A stretch of DNA of 19,982 bases from Candidatus Eiseniibacteriota bacterium (GCA_043810925.1 JBDRNT010000023.1:1-19982); one strand, 5' to 3'. Shown: positions 1-9,057, counted from the first letter of the stretch. A program made the numbers and translations. Notes: generated by a model from the sequence alone, not told the origin.

Positions 1-609
1 ATCTTCGAAACCGGGTGCAGTGCATTCCAGATCCCAACTTCCCACAGGAATCAGGGTCTTGACGAAAATGCCTTCACGATTTGAATAACAATGGTTGAGA
101 GTATCACTTGAATCACTTGAAGAGCGCAAAAGCAGTCTTGCACCCTCTATGGGACTTCCACTACTGTCGGCAATTTCACCAGTTAGGATCCCCTTATCGG
201 AGAATGTCGAATCGTCGCTCCCCACGATCGTGATCTTTAACGGCAGGCTGAAATCAAAAGGACTCGTCAATTCTTCGATATACCATTTCTCGATGTTCTC
301 AATCAGAGCATCTGCGAATTCTCTGTTGCCCGTCTCGTTAATCGCCACTGAAGACGAGGTCATTCGACCATTGTCCCAGTGCATGTCGATTTGTATTATT
401 CCATTAAGACGATGATCCAGATGATGAAAGCGCATTGATACATCATGAATGTCATCGAAGTTGTCCCGAAGATGTTTGATCAGTAATGCCGTGTAAACCG
501 AGTCATTCGCGGATGCATTGTGGCTCGACTCCTGCCTTTCTGAAGTGCCACAGGAAGTCAAGACGATAGACAGTATGGCTACCAGAACCGTCAGTAATCG
601 GAGTCTCAT
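1..609 (-). CDS. Lipoprotein with a TonB-C/AgmX-PglI-CTD-like domain followed by a carboxypeptidase-regulatory-like beta-sandwich; partial, runs off the window edge
   Basis: Not in the ORF track because it has no stop in the window. My translation from ATG at 609 (ATGA overlap with the TGA at 606-608) is open for 203 codons: MRLRLLTVLVAILSIVLTSCGTSERQ...LDHRLNGIIQIDMHWDNGRMTSSSVAINETGNREFADALIENIEKWYIEE...GILTGEIADSSGSPIEGARLLL...SNREGIFVKTLIPVGSWDLECTAPGFED. Lipobox is LTSC. Domain names are pattern-level inference. Confidence 0.8.
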   Translation of the reverse strand, partial: MRLRLLTVLVAILSIVLTSCGTSERQESSHNASANDSVYTALLIKHLRDNFDDIHDVSMRFHHLDHRLNGIIQIDMHWDNGRMTSSSVAINETGNREFADALIENIEKWYIEELTSPFDFSLPLKITIVGSDDSTFSDKGILTGEIADSSGSPIEGARLLLRSSSDSSDTLNHCYSNREGIFVKTLIPVGSWDLECTAPGFED

Positions 610-1646
610 TCTCTGGTTCTCTCTGAAGTTGAATGCGTCCGCCTTTCACTCTCTGACTTCAGTGCGTCCAAGCCGCGTTCCAAAGACCCCGTCAGCATCC
701 TGCTTATCGGACCGCGCAACAGCCATGGCAGGAAGCCATCGAAGGACTCCTCCGTGACAGCAGTCGTCCCCCCGGCCTTCGCGGTGAAATGAGACACATG
801 TACTGCTCGGGCCCCGAAGGTCGAGCCTGACCAGGCGAGTAGCGTCGGCTTCGATACGTTGAGGATCTCAGACTCGATTGACATACCTCCGGCCTTCCAA
901 CTGAACCGGGTACCATTGGCCAGCGGGCCGTGCAAGCTCGCGCGGGCGATGCCGGAGTTCCAGTCAACCCAGGATTCGATGTCCGCCAGAGTCGACCATA
1001 CAACTTCAGGTGCAGCATCGATGAAGACCTCCGCTTGAGCCTGAACCGGTGCCCGCCGGTTGATCTCGGTGTCGCTCTTATCGCCCTCCTCCCGCGTCCG
1101 GCAATTCTCGAAGAGTTGCATATAGAGATACGGGCCCACCTCCACTGTCTCGAGTGGTAACAGGCCGACCTCGCGTCTAAGCTCTTCGGGGGAGAACCTG
1201 AGGTGTAAAGGCGGTCCGAAGGGGGTTTCCGACTTCTTTATCTCCACGATGGCCAGGCGGCCATGAGGTTTGAGCAGGCGTGTCGTTTCAGCCAGGAATC
1301 CGGGGATCTCATCCCTTGAGAAGCCATGAAAGACCGTTGAAAGGTAGATCAAGTCTATCGAGGATGGCTTCAGCGGGGTTCGCCTGGTCACATCGCCTTC
1401 GAGCGCCTCGATGAGAGTCCCTTCGGTCTCTGTGCGAAGCTCTGCGATTGCCTCGCTGTCTGTATCCAGCGCGTACACTCTCCCGCTGCCTTTCAACGCA
1501 CGCGCGAACTCCTTGGCGATGTAGCCATAACCACAGCCAGCGTCAAGAATGGTCTGCCCGGGGACGATCCCCAGAGCACTAAGAACCGCGGCCCTTTCAA
1601 GGTGGTCCTCAGAGGATTTGCCCTTGTGGGAATGTGCCACGATCAC
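606..1646 (-). CDS. Class I SAM-dependent methyltransferase fused to a C-terminal SRPBCC (polyketide cyclase/START-like) domain
   Basis: SAM motif ILDAGCGYG, then VYALD, LKPHGRLAIVE and TPFGPP. The C-terminal half (INRRAPVQAQAEVFIDAAPEVVWSTLADIESWVDWN...GTRFSWKAGG...TEESFDG) is SRPBCC-like. GTG start preceded by GAGGT. Confidence 0.85.
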   Translation of the reverse strand: MIVAHSHKGKSSEDHLERAAVLSALGIVPGQTILDAGCGYGYIAKEFARALKGSGRVYALDTDSEAIAELRTETEGTLIEALEGDVTRRTPLKPSSIDLIYLSTVFHGFSRDEIPGFLAETTRLLKPHGRLAIVEIKKSETPFGPPLHLRFSPEELRREVGLLPLETVEVGPYLYMQLFENCRTREEGDKSDTEINRRAPVQAQAEVFIDAAPEVVWSTLADIESWVDWNSGIARASLHGPLANGTRFSWKAGGMSIESEILNVSKPTLLAWSGSTFGARAVHVSHFTAKAGGTTAVTEESFDGFLPWLLRGPISRMLTGSLERGLDALKSESERRTHSTSERTRE

Positions 1647-1724
1647 GCCACCTCAAAGCCTGAGCATCCAACACCCTTGCCTATAACCTGCCTGACAGAC
1701 TGACAACACTGAATTCAAGATTAC

Positions 1725-1752
1725 AGTATAACTCTCTAAGAAGCACGGACAA
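1725..1752 (-). promoter_or_regulatory. Possible sigma70 promoter for the 1646 gene
   Basis: Minus strand reads TTGTCC-N16-TATACT about 80 nt upstream of the start; motif match only. Confidence 0.3.
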
Positions 1753-1808
1753 TTCGCGGAAACACAGTGCGCTGTTTGAGGACTGGTCAATACGCCGGTC
1801 ATACTCCA

Positions 1809-2417
1809 TCAGCCGCTCAGGGAGAACTCCCGGACTTCAATGATCTCTGAATCCTCCGGAATTCTCGCTCTCTTTCCCGTCGCCCATTCAAGAATCTCGT
1901 CGGAGATCCTCATCAATTGTAGTCTCTCCACCCTGAACCTCACTTTCAGCGGAAGTGCCCTCGCCTGCAGCAGGGCCTCCTCATACCGATCTTTGTCAAA
2001 CTCATCTTCTTGCGGGTTGTCCCAATTGTAGTTGGCACCCTCCTTTAGGAACAAGCCAAGTCCAACATGAGACACAAACTCGACATCATCCCTTCGGTGT
2101 TCCGCCAGGAGTCCCGTGTAGAGCAATTGATACAGATTCTTGACCTGCTCTTCACCCTCGACCAGCGTCAAGAAAAGCCAATGATCGTGGGACTTATGAA
2201 GACCGCCCAATCGGATCTCGAAGGGACTCCTGTTACTCAGCACACTCTGAATGTGACCGATCAGATGTGGCTCTCCTACGGTATCCGGTACGGGGAACAT
2301 CACCGTGATGTGCGGCTTAGCGAAACCACACGTGGGATCGTGTCTTCGCCTTATCGCGTCGATCGCATCGCCCAACTCCCCGCTGAGCCGCGGATAGAAA
2401 CTCAAAGTGTAGTACAT
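1809..2417 (-). CDS. 2H phosphoesterase (2'-5' RNA ligase superfamily, YjcG-like)
   Basis: First motif KPHITVMFP, second motif FVSHVGLG, plus RRRHDP and PFEIRLGG. I prefer the ATG at 2417 (MYYTLSFYP) to the track start at 2486. Confidence 0.8.
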   Translation of the reverse strand: MYYTLSFYPRLSGELGDAIDAIRRRHDPTCGFAKPHITVMFPVPDTVGEPHLIGHIQSVLSNRSPFEIRLGGLHKSHDHWLFLTLVEGEEQVKNLYQLLYTGLLAEHRRDDVEFVSHVGLGLFLKEGANYNWDNPQEDEFDKDRYEEALLQARALPLKVRFRVERLQLMRISDEILEWATGKRARIPEDSEIIEVREFSLSG

Positions 2418-2563
2418 GCTGTTTCTCTTCGCACAGGGTGCATTGCATGCATGACAGCAGAGTACAACGCTGTGAAGACTCACCAAACCTTAATTGAGGT
2501 TAAGCCCTTCAAGGCCGCTGCACCTATCGCAGCCAGGCACAGCGTCATTGTCAGCCAGGAGTA

Positions 2564-3094
2564 TCATTGCTTCGCCTGTATCTCATTTGCCCGCTCCATC
2601 ATCCGCTGTGCCTCATCTTCTTTGCCGGCGGTTTCATATAGCGACGCCATGTTTAAAAGTGTTGGCACCAGAAATGGACTGTCTTGACCAAACTCGTTCT
2701 CCAAGATTTCCAGCGAGCGCTTGTAAAGTGGTTCTGCTTTAGCATATTCCTTCTGGGCCTCATAGAGCTCGGCGAGGTTGCCAAGACTTAGGGCCACATT
2801 GGGATGGTTGGGGCCATCGGTTTGTTGAGCGACTTCCAATGCGCGCTTGGCAACTTCCACCCCTTGAGAATAATCTCCAGAGCTATAGAGCTTCATCACT
2901 TCACTGGTCAAGGCCTCCCACTCGGTACCCGGACCTTGCCCGACACCGCTGCCTGAAGCAGTCCCTTTGTCTCCTCCACCGCTTCCACCATTGCCCTTGC
3001 CTCCCTGGCTTCCACCCTCACATGCTGTTAAAGATATTGCAAGCAACGCAATCAGTATTGAGACTCTCATGACTCTTAGACTCCTTCCCATCAT
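2564..3094 (-). CDS. TPR-repeat lipoprotein (kinesin-light-chain-type TPRs) with a Gly/Ser-rich linker
   Basis: Lipobox LTAC, linker GGSQGGKGNGGSGGG, repeats HPNVALSLGNLAELYEAQKEYAKAEPLYKRSLEI and LVPTLLNMASLY. The start may be slightly downstream. Confidence 0.85.
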   Translation of the reverse strand: MMGRSLRVMRVSILIALLAISLTACEGGSQGGKGNGGSGGGDKGTASGSGVGQGPGTEWEALTSEVMKLYSSGDYSQGVEVAKRALEVAQQTDGPNHPNVALSLGNLAELYEAQKEYAKAEPLYKRSLEILENEFGQDSPFLVPTLLNMASLYETAGKEDEAQRMMERANEIQAKQ

Positions 3095-3200
3095 GTCGTT
3101 TTTCCCTCCCTGCCCTCAATGGCGGGCTGATGGCCCTCCAATCACTCGCGGGCCGCGCGACGAGTTGTCCAGTGCATTAGCTCCTCATGCGATCATCCGT

Positions 3201-4622
3201 CTAATCAGGCATCGACTCAACGGCGCTCTCATTAGAATAGTGCGCAGCGAGTTCGTCCAGCTTCGACTTCAACTCACTCTCGGCGTACCACTTGCCGCGG
3301 ACCATAACACCGACGCGGATGCCGATGTTCTTCACATCATCAAGGGGGTTGCCTTCCAGGAGAATCAGATCCGCTCGACTGCCAACCGTTACGGTTCCAA
3401 ATTCATCAACCGCGTCGAAAAACTCTGCGGCATCATGCGTGCCCGCCTTGATCGCTTCGTAGGGTGTCAGGCCAGCGTCGACGAAGTTCTGCAATTCCTC
3501 CTGAATTGAGAAGCCCGGCACGACGAGTGGGTTGCCGCAATCGGTCCCGAGCAGAATTCGGACACCGCCATCATGCAACAATCTGGTCAGTTCCTTGCGA
3601 ACCGGATTGCCCAAAGCGACGGCGTTGAATATCTCGGGGGTAAAAGAGTTGGTGTAGCTATTCTGGGGCAGATGGAATTCGCGTTCAGACGGAGACAAGT
3701 ATCTGAATTCATCTCGCTCCAGCAGAGCATTCACTTCAGCCAGCGGCACCCATTTCTCATATACAATCAGCGTCGGGCAGACCCAGGTTCCTGCCTCGCA
3801 CGTCTGGCGCACGATGTTGGGGATCTTGTTCCTATCAAGCTCAGTCCAGGTCAGGATCAAAGCAGCAAGACCACTCTTTTCGACGTGCGCGCACTCGTCG
3901 GATGCCAGGGCAACTTCATAGCCATCGAGGTGCTCTATACACCGCTGACGAGCTGCCAATACATGGTCGAGCCCGACATTGGCCGGGACATGACCAGCGA
4001 TCGGGATAGCATCCTCTCTCGCAGCCGTGATCAACGCATCGTAAACCTCAACCGACAGATTGTTGTAGACCTTGAGAAAGTCGTAGCCGGCTTCCCTCTG
4101 TTTAGAGACCACTATCCGCGCCTGTTCAGGGGAGGTGACGACCTCACTTTCCGGAAAGACCGGTGGATCACCATCGATGATCGCTCCTGCGGTGTAGATT
4201 GTCGGACCCAATAGGTCGCCATCGTTGATACGTTGCCGCCATTCGAGATGCTTGGGTTCACCCCACATGTTGCGGACAGTTGTCACGCCGTTAGCTATAA
4301 GCACAGACAACTGATCCACCTCGATCACATGGGCGTGCATGTCCGCAAGGCCGGGCATGAGATACTTGTCTCTGCCATCGATCACAGTGGCTCGATCAGG
4401 GACCTTTACAGTCTCTGCAGGTCCGATCTTGTGCACACGGCCATCTTGAATGATGATCGTCTGATTCTGGATTATCCTCTCACGATCCATTGGGACAAGA
4501 TTCACGTTGACGAATGCAAAAGCCTCCGTGAGGTTCCCCTCACCATGCTCGGCGGTGCACGCAGCCAATAGCAGACATGCAAGGAGACTTACCATGAATA
4601 CTCTATGCTTCACGATCATCAT
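3201..4622 (-). CDS. Amidohydrolase-family metallo-hydrolase, probable lipoprotein
   Basis: YLMPGLADMHAH metal motif, GVTTVRNM, carboxylatable Lys in FLKVY, GHVP, IEHL, LLGTD and ADLILLEGNPL. Lipobox LAAC. Confidence 0.9.
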   Translation of the reverse strand: MMIVKHRVFMVSLLACLLLAACTAEHGEGNLTEAFAFVNVNLVPMDRERIIQNQTIIIQDGRVHKIGPAETVKVPDRATVIDGRDKYLMPGLADMHAHVIEVDQLSVLIANGVTTVRNMWGEPKHLEWRQRINDGDLLGPTIYTAGAIIDGDPPVFPESEVVTSPEQARIVVSKQREAGYDFLKVYNNLSVEVYDALITAAREDAIPIAGHVPANVGLDHVLAARQRCIEHLDGYEVALASDECAHVEKSGLAALILTWTELDRNKIPNIVRQTCEAGTWVCPTLIVYEKWVPLAEVNALLERDEFRYLSPSEREFHLPQNSYTNSFTPEIFNAVALGNPVRKELTRLLHDGGVRILLGTDCGNPLVVPGFSIQEELQNFVDAGLTPYEAIKAGTHDAAEFFDAVDEFGTVTVGSRADLILLEGNPLDDVKNIGIRVGVMVRGKWYAESELKSKLDELAAHYSNESAVESMPD

Positions 4623-4861
4623 AGGTTCACATCCGATTCCTATAACTACAGCACAATCTGATCAACACAGTGGCGTCTTATCCGGCTACTGCTCCCGTAT
4701 GACACTCAGCAACCCACACTTTCCAATTAGCGCAGATTCAGGTGGTTGTCAACATGATTGCCAGTCTGTCCTATACCGAAGCCACCGGGCTCTTCACGTC
4801 TCGGACATGTCGCCTTTGTGGGTTGGTCTGGTCTTGCGGGTCCGACCACATCATGGCAGTG

Positions 4862-4891
4862 TTGACAAGTGATTGGGACTAGAGCAATAAT
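4862..4891 (+). promoter_or_regulatory. Probable sigma70 promoter for the + strand cluster starting at 4995
   Basis: TTGACA (4862-4867), N18, AATAAT (4886-4891) in the divergent intergenic region. Confidence 0.45.
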
Positions 4892-4994
4892 GAGACGTAA
4901 GGTGCTGCGTGTTATAAGGACTGGCCGCCGCATAAACAGCGGCTGGCACGATCAACTTATGCAATAGCCGGGCAGCCTTCATGCGTGAGGGGTT

Positions 4995-5513
4995 ATGGGT
5001 GCTCCAAGGCTCGAGACTGAGCGACTGATCCTAAGAGCAATCACATGCGATGACAGATTCGCTATCTTCGAGAACTACTCCGATCCAAACGTGGCGAAAT
5101 GGTTCTTCGATCAACCCTATACACAGATCGAGCAGGCGGATCAAGTCATCCATGAGTTCATTAAGAAGACCGCGGAAGGCACAGGCCTGGCCTGGGCAAT
5201 TCTCTTAAAGGACAGTGGCGAGTTCCTCGGCACCTGCAGCTATGAGAGTCTCGATGCCAATCGGCACGGGGAAATAGGATTCGACCTGGCAAAGAAACAC
5301 TGGGGACACGGCTACATGGCAGAAGCCCTTGGCGCAATCATCACTCATGGCTTTGCCATTCTCGATCTCGCCAGGATAGAAGCGCATACCTATTCGCGCA
5401 ACTCAAGGGCGAGACGTGTTCTTGAAAGAGTGGGTTTTAAGGTCGGTTCTGTCACGGAAGACTCTCATTGCTACACGCTTGCCAGGCCGGACGGGACACG
5501 AATGCGCGCTTGA
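4995..5513 (+). CDS. GNAT N-acetyltransferase, RimJ/RimL family
   Basis: LETERLILR N-terminus, GEIGFDL, HWGHGYMAEAL acetyl-CoA motif, NSRARRVLERVGF. Confidence 0.9.
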   Translation: MGAPRLETERLILRAITCDDRFAIFENYSDPNVAKWFFDQPYTQIEQADQVIHEFIKKTAEGTGLAWAILLKDSGEFLGTCSYESLDANRHGEIGFDLAKKHWGHGYMAEALGAIITHGFAILDLARIEAHTYSRNSRARRVLERVGFKVGSVTEDSHCYTLARPDGTRMRA

Positions 5514-5589
5514 GTGAGACGAGATATCACGTTGCCATAGGTTCAAAGAGATGCACCCGCGGCACCGATGGGCAGCGAAAGGAGAAGGA

Positions 5590-6621
5590 ATGAGAACTCT
5601 ACTGGTAGCTGCCGCAGTTCTAATCGCTCTGGGACTTCCCGCAGCTGGGGCGACTCAAACCGGCTACATTCAAGTCAAGGCCCCGGAAGGAGTCCAAATC
5701 CTGCTCGATGACACGCTCAAGGGAGTCACATCTGAAGATCTTGGCGGGCTCATCCTTCAGGAGGTTTCCATCGGACGCCATGAGATCAAGGCGCTCAGAG
5801 ATGGCTTTTGTCCGAAGTCCTTCCAGATCAATGTTCAACCAGGGAAGGTCAGTGTCTGCGAAATCAGTACCTTAGCTCCCCAGATACAAATTGCTCAGAC
5901 AGGCGCGTCTTCGGAGATTGACATCCAGCAGCATGTAGGCAGCCTCAAGATCCAATCATTGCCCATCGACTGCGCAATACGGATCCCGGCACTTGACATT
6001 GCGTGGAGGAAGACCAAGGACGAATGGGTTGCCTCCGGGATACCCGTGGGAGAGTATCGCACCATCTTCTCCGCTCTGGGCAGGGAACTGAACCATGCCG
6101 TTGTCATAGAGGATGGTGTGCGGCGCCACCTTATGGTCAATTTCATTCACTCTACAGTCACCGATATAACGCTACCTCCAGAGCCGGAGCCCTCAACTGA
6201 GACCTTGAGTTCTCCGTCCGCGAAGAGGAGCGAGCCACCTCTGGCTGTTTCTCAGAATTGGCGATACTTCCTAACCGTGGAGACATACAGAGGATTGGAT
6301 GACTACAAAGCCCAGATCAATGCGAGGTATGGCCCATCTGCAGAAGTGGCAGACTGGACTGAGATCAAGCGACACTTTGGTGACAACATCTCCCGTTTTC
6401 TCGATGATGTAGGTCTTGAGGTATCACGTGATGGAGGAGCGCTCATCACACGTGACGGAGATCCTAAGTACTCCTCCTCTCGGGCCTACTTCCTGACCCG
6501 GCATGGGGGTAATAAGCCGGGATACTACCTGGCCCATGATCAGATCGGGGGCCATGAAGCCAGCCTCGGGTCATGGGACACGTCTCAGCGTGTGCTTGTT
6601 AGAACCCCCGAGAGAGAATAG
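5590..6621 (+). CDS. Secreted PEGA-domain protein with an uncharacterised C-terminal domain
   Basis: GGAGAAGGA RBS before ATG 5590. Signal peptide MRTLLVAAAVLIALGLPAAGA. PEGA-like units GYIQVKAPEGVQILLDD...IGRHEIKALRDGF and GSLKIQSLP...IPVGEYR, then a Pro/Ser linker and a distinct domain of about 115 aa. Confidence 0.75.
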   Translation: MRTLLVAAAVLIALGLPAAGATQTGYIQVKAPEGVQILLDDTLKGVTSEDLGGLILQEVSIGRHEIKALRDGFCPKSFQINVQPGKVSVCEISTLAPQIQIAQTGASSEIDIQQHVGSLKIQSLPIDCAIRIPALDIAWRKTKDEWVASGIPVGEYRTIFSALGRELNHAVVIEDGVRRHLMVNFIHSTVTDITLPPEPEPSTETLSSPSAKRSEPPLAVSQNWRYFLTVETYRGLDDYKAQINARYGPSAEVADWTEIKRHFGDNISRFLDDVGLEVSRDGGALITRDGDPKYSSSRAYFLTRHGGNKPGYYLAHDQIGGHEASLGSWDTSQRVLVRTPERE

Positions 6622-6658
6622 GCCGAACCGGCGTGGAGCGGGCTGAGGTGGAAATGGC

Positions 6659-7396
6659 ATGAATCTAGAAACGGACTCGCGAGAACCGTACGATCGGTAC
6701 AAGGCAAGCAGCTTCGAGGCATACAATGTCAAGCTGCCTGAGCGGTACGACACATCCCTGGCCGTCAGGTTTCTTCGCGTTTCCGTCATGGACGACTTCG
6801 TGCTCGACGAGCTCGACTCGGAGGTCGCCTCTCTCGGTATTCTGGATGTGGGATGCGCGACCGGCCGGCTTCTCAATCGCCTGGCGGCTGCAGGAGCACG
6901 CACACTTGCGGGCTCTGACCTGGCTCCACGAATCCTTGAGGTCGCACGCGCGAAGATGATGGATCGGGGAGTCGAGGCTGACCTCCGGTCTGCTGACGCC
7001 GAGGGCTCGCTCCCATGGTCCACGGACAGCTTCGACGTGGTCACGTTGACGGGGGTACTGCACCACTTCTTCAGGCCACGCAGGGCCCTGGCAGAGATCA
7101 GACGGGTCCTTCGCCCAGGAGGACGGCTTATAGTCTGCGACGCGTGCTTCTTCTCGCCGGTACGGGAGATCTTCAACCTCTGCTTAAGGGTGCAGCCGCA
7201 TGAAGGTGACTACCACTTTTACGCCGTGCAACAGGCCGGCGACCTGCTGACCGAGTGCCGGTGGGATGTCGTTAGCTGCCAAAGGCTTGGCTGGTGGTCG
7301 TACGGCGTGGTAGGAGTCAATGCCCGCGAAGGTGGCGCGGCCGGTAAGGGCGCAAACACAGTGATGACCAGGAATGGCCGCAATCTTTCCCATTGA
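6659..7396 (+). CDS. Class I SAM-dependent methyltransferase (UbiE/Methyltransf_11-like)
   Basis: ILDVGCATG, GSDLA, LPWSTDSFDVV, LAEIRRVLRPGGRLIV. Confidence 0.88.
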   Translation: MNLETDSREPYDRYKASSFEAYNVKLPERYDTSLAVRFLRVSVMDDFVLDELDSEVASLGILDVGCATGRLLNRLAAAGARTLAGSDLAPRILEVARAKMMDRGVEADLRSADAEGSLPWSTDSFDVVTLTGVLHHFFRPRRALAEIRRVLRPGGRLIVCDACFFSPVREIFNLCLRVQPHEGDYHFYAVQQAGDLLTECRWDVVSCQRLGWWSYGVVGVNAREGGAAGKGANTVMTRNGRNLSH

Positions 7397-7514
7397 AGGT
7401 TCCCGGTCTCGTCGGCTATGCTGTGTTTCTGGAGCTACGAAACGATCGCCTGGCGCTCTCGGTTGGCAGCCGTAATCGCGGTTGCGCGAGGCCCTAGGGA
7501 AAGGAGAGACCGGC

Positions 7515-7724
7515 ATGAATAGACCGGCAGTGGTCATACCGGTGATCATCATAGTCAATGCCTGCATATGGGGCTTCGCTATGATCATGTCGTCACACAC
7601 GCTGAGCGGCACCGGTGCCTACCAGCAGATTCAGCTTATTCTCGGCGGGAGCGCGGCTGCTTCTTTGGTGGTTGTGGGAGGCGGCCTTGGCGCGTTGGCC
7701 AAGAAGCTGAAGTCGAAGGAGTAG
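7515..7724 (+). CDS. Small two-helix membrane protein, function unknown
   Basis: AAGGAGAG RBS before ATG 7515, two hydrophobic segments and a basic C-terminus (AKKLKSKE). Confidence 0.65.
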   Translation: MNRPAVVIPVIIIVNACIWGFAMIMSSHTLSGTGAYQQIQLILGGSAAASLVVVGGGLGALAKKLKSKE

Positions 7725-7761
7725 GCACTGGTCGTTGGAGAGGTCTGAAAGGAGGAGGAAG

Positions 7762-8004
7762 ATGAGTATCATCCTGTTTTTGGCTATCGGTGCTGTGGCC
7801 GGCTGGCTTGCCGGCCTGATCATGAAGGGGCGTGGATTCGGCCTGTTCGGCAACATCATCGTCGGCATCATCGGAGGCTTCTTAGGTGGCTTCCTGTTCG
7901 GCCTGATCGGCCTGTCTGGCGGCGGCCTGATCGGCTCGCTCATTGTGGCCCTGATCGGTGCCGTGGTACTTCTCTTCATCGTCGGTCTGATCAAGAAGTC
8001 GTAG
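7762..8004 (+). CDS. GlsB/YeaQ/YmgE family stress-response membrane protein (transglycosylase-associated)
   Basis: GGAGGAGG RBS before ATG 7762. IGAVAGWLAGLIMKGRGFGLFGNIIVGIIGGFLGG...ALIGAVVLL is the family pattern. Confidence 0.92.
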   Translation: MSIILFLAIGAVAGWLAGLIMKGRGFGLFGNIIVGIIGGFLGGFLFGLIGLSGGGLIGSLIVALIGAVVLLFIVGLIKKS

Positions 8005-8047
8005 ACAGTTCTGAGCGAGGTACTGCCCGACAACGTGCTGGAGAGGA

Positions 8048-8084
8048 ACCTGGGCGGCGAACTCTGAAAGTCCGTCGCCCAGGT
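8048..8084. terminator. Hairpin between convergent genes, probable bidirectional terminator
   Basis: ACCTGGGCGGCGAACT-CTGAA-AGTCCGTCGCCCAGGT forms a 16-position stem with one mismatch and one G-U pair. No strong U-tract. Confidence 0.6.
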
Positions 8085-8098
8085 CTGGTTTGATGCTA

Positions 8099-8995
8099 CT
8101 AGGGGCATTCCGCGTTGAACTGAAGCGTATCCCAGCAATACTGCTCCCCATCCTTGTAGTCGGGCCACTGTATGCTTCCCGACCCGTCGGGATACCAGGT
8201 GATGATCCCGTCGTTGCCCGTCTTCGAATCGTGGAACTCGACGGATGACATGGTTGGTATCTCCAGATAGGTCAGGTACGACCCTTCCTCGGGTGCGCCG
8301 GGCTTGTTCACCAGGAACACCAGCTCATGTTCGTCATCGGCAGTGTTCATCCAGTCGATCCTTATGCTTTCGACTCCGGGTGTGGAGAAAGCCTCGCCTG
8401 CGCCGGCGCTCAATGCGACCGGCTCCTCCTCAGGCTCATAGAACTGCCAGTAGCCGGAGTTTTCATGGGACTGCACCTCGCCCTCGAACCAGAGGAAATG
8501 GTCAAATGGAATCGAAGGATCGGTGCTCGAGACCTCCATCCTCCATGCCGTGTAACTCCCCATGTTCTTGCCATTCAGGAAGATGCTGTATTCGGCGTCC
8601 TCACTGACGAAGATATAGGTCCAGAGCCACGAGCCGTCACTCTGAGGCTGGGGGATCGACCGCCCGGCCAACGCGAAGGCTGCAACAGGCTCAACCAGGG
8701 CCACGCATACGACCAGGTTGAGGAAATGCACGCGCAGGGCGGCATTGATGAAATTGAGTTTGGACTCGAGACCCGATTCCAATGGTTGGGTCTCATAACC
8801 ATTTGCCACCAGGGCTTCCAGGTTGACCTGGGCCGATTCAAACATCGATAAGCTCATCGCCATGGTCGATGCCGGAGGAAGCACGGGGGGTGAAGTGTTC
8901 TCAGGTGACATGACGGTGCCATCCTGCGAGCAGCCGCCGAGTGACATGAGAACGAGAACAATCACGAGAAGCGCTGCGGTGAGACGTCGCATCAT
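8099..8995 (-). CDS. Uncharacterised lipoprotein, beta-rich
   Basis: AGGAGG RBS, signal peptide with lipobox LGGC, PVLPPASTM, Trp-rich strands and C-terminal YCWDTLQFNAEC. No family recognised. Confidence 0.8.
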   Translation of the reverse strand: MMRRLTAALLVIVLVLMSLGGCSQDGTVMSPENTSPPVLPPASTMAMSLSMFESAQVNLEALVANGYETQPLESGLESKLNFINAALRVHFLNLVVCVALVEPVAAFALAGRSIPQPQSDGSWLWTYIFVSEDAEYSIFLNGKNMGSYTAWRMEVSSTDPSIPFDHFLWFEGEVQSHENSGYWQFYEPEEEPVALSAGAGEAFSTPGVESIRIDWMNTADDEHELVFLVNKPGAPEEGSYLTYLEIPTMSSVEFHDSKTGNDGIITWYPDGSGSIQWPDYKDGEQYCWDTLQFNAECP

Positions 8996-9057
8996 GGTCG
9001 AACCTCCTTTGGTTTTGCGGTGACAGTCTCTTCAACCACTTTCACCAATTAGGTATA

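Noticed and set aside
1680-4646. Shared CCTATAAC 8-mer upstream of two minus-strand genes
   Set aside because: Too short and at different distances from the starts; could be chance or a -10 element.
4746-4868. 9-bp inverted repeat TTGTCAACA...TGTTGACAA as MITE ends
   Set aside because: More simply explained as divergent TTGACA -35 boxes; no target duplication or second copy.
4944-4963. TGGCACGATCAACTTATGCA as a third sigma54 promoter
   Set aside because: GG-to-GC spacing is 14 nt rather than the required 10.
600-8004. Integron cassette array, suggested by many short unrelated genes, a GTTGGAT just upstream of the 1646 gene and GCTTAAC near 2500
   Set aside because: I found no paired RYYYAAC...GTTRRRY attC sites with complementary arms, genes lie on both strands, and there is no integron integrase.
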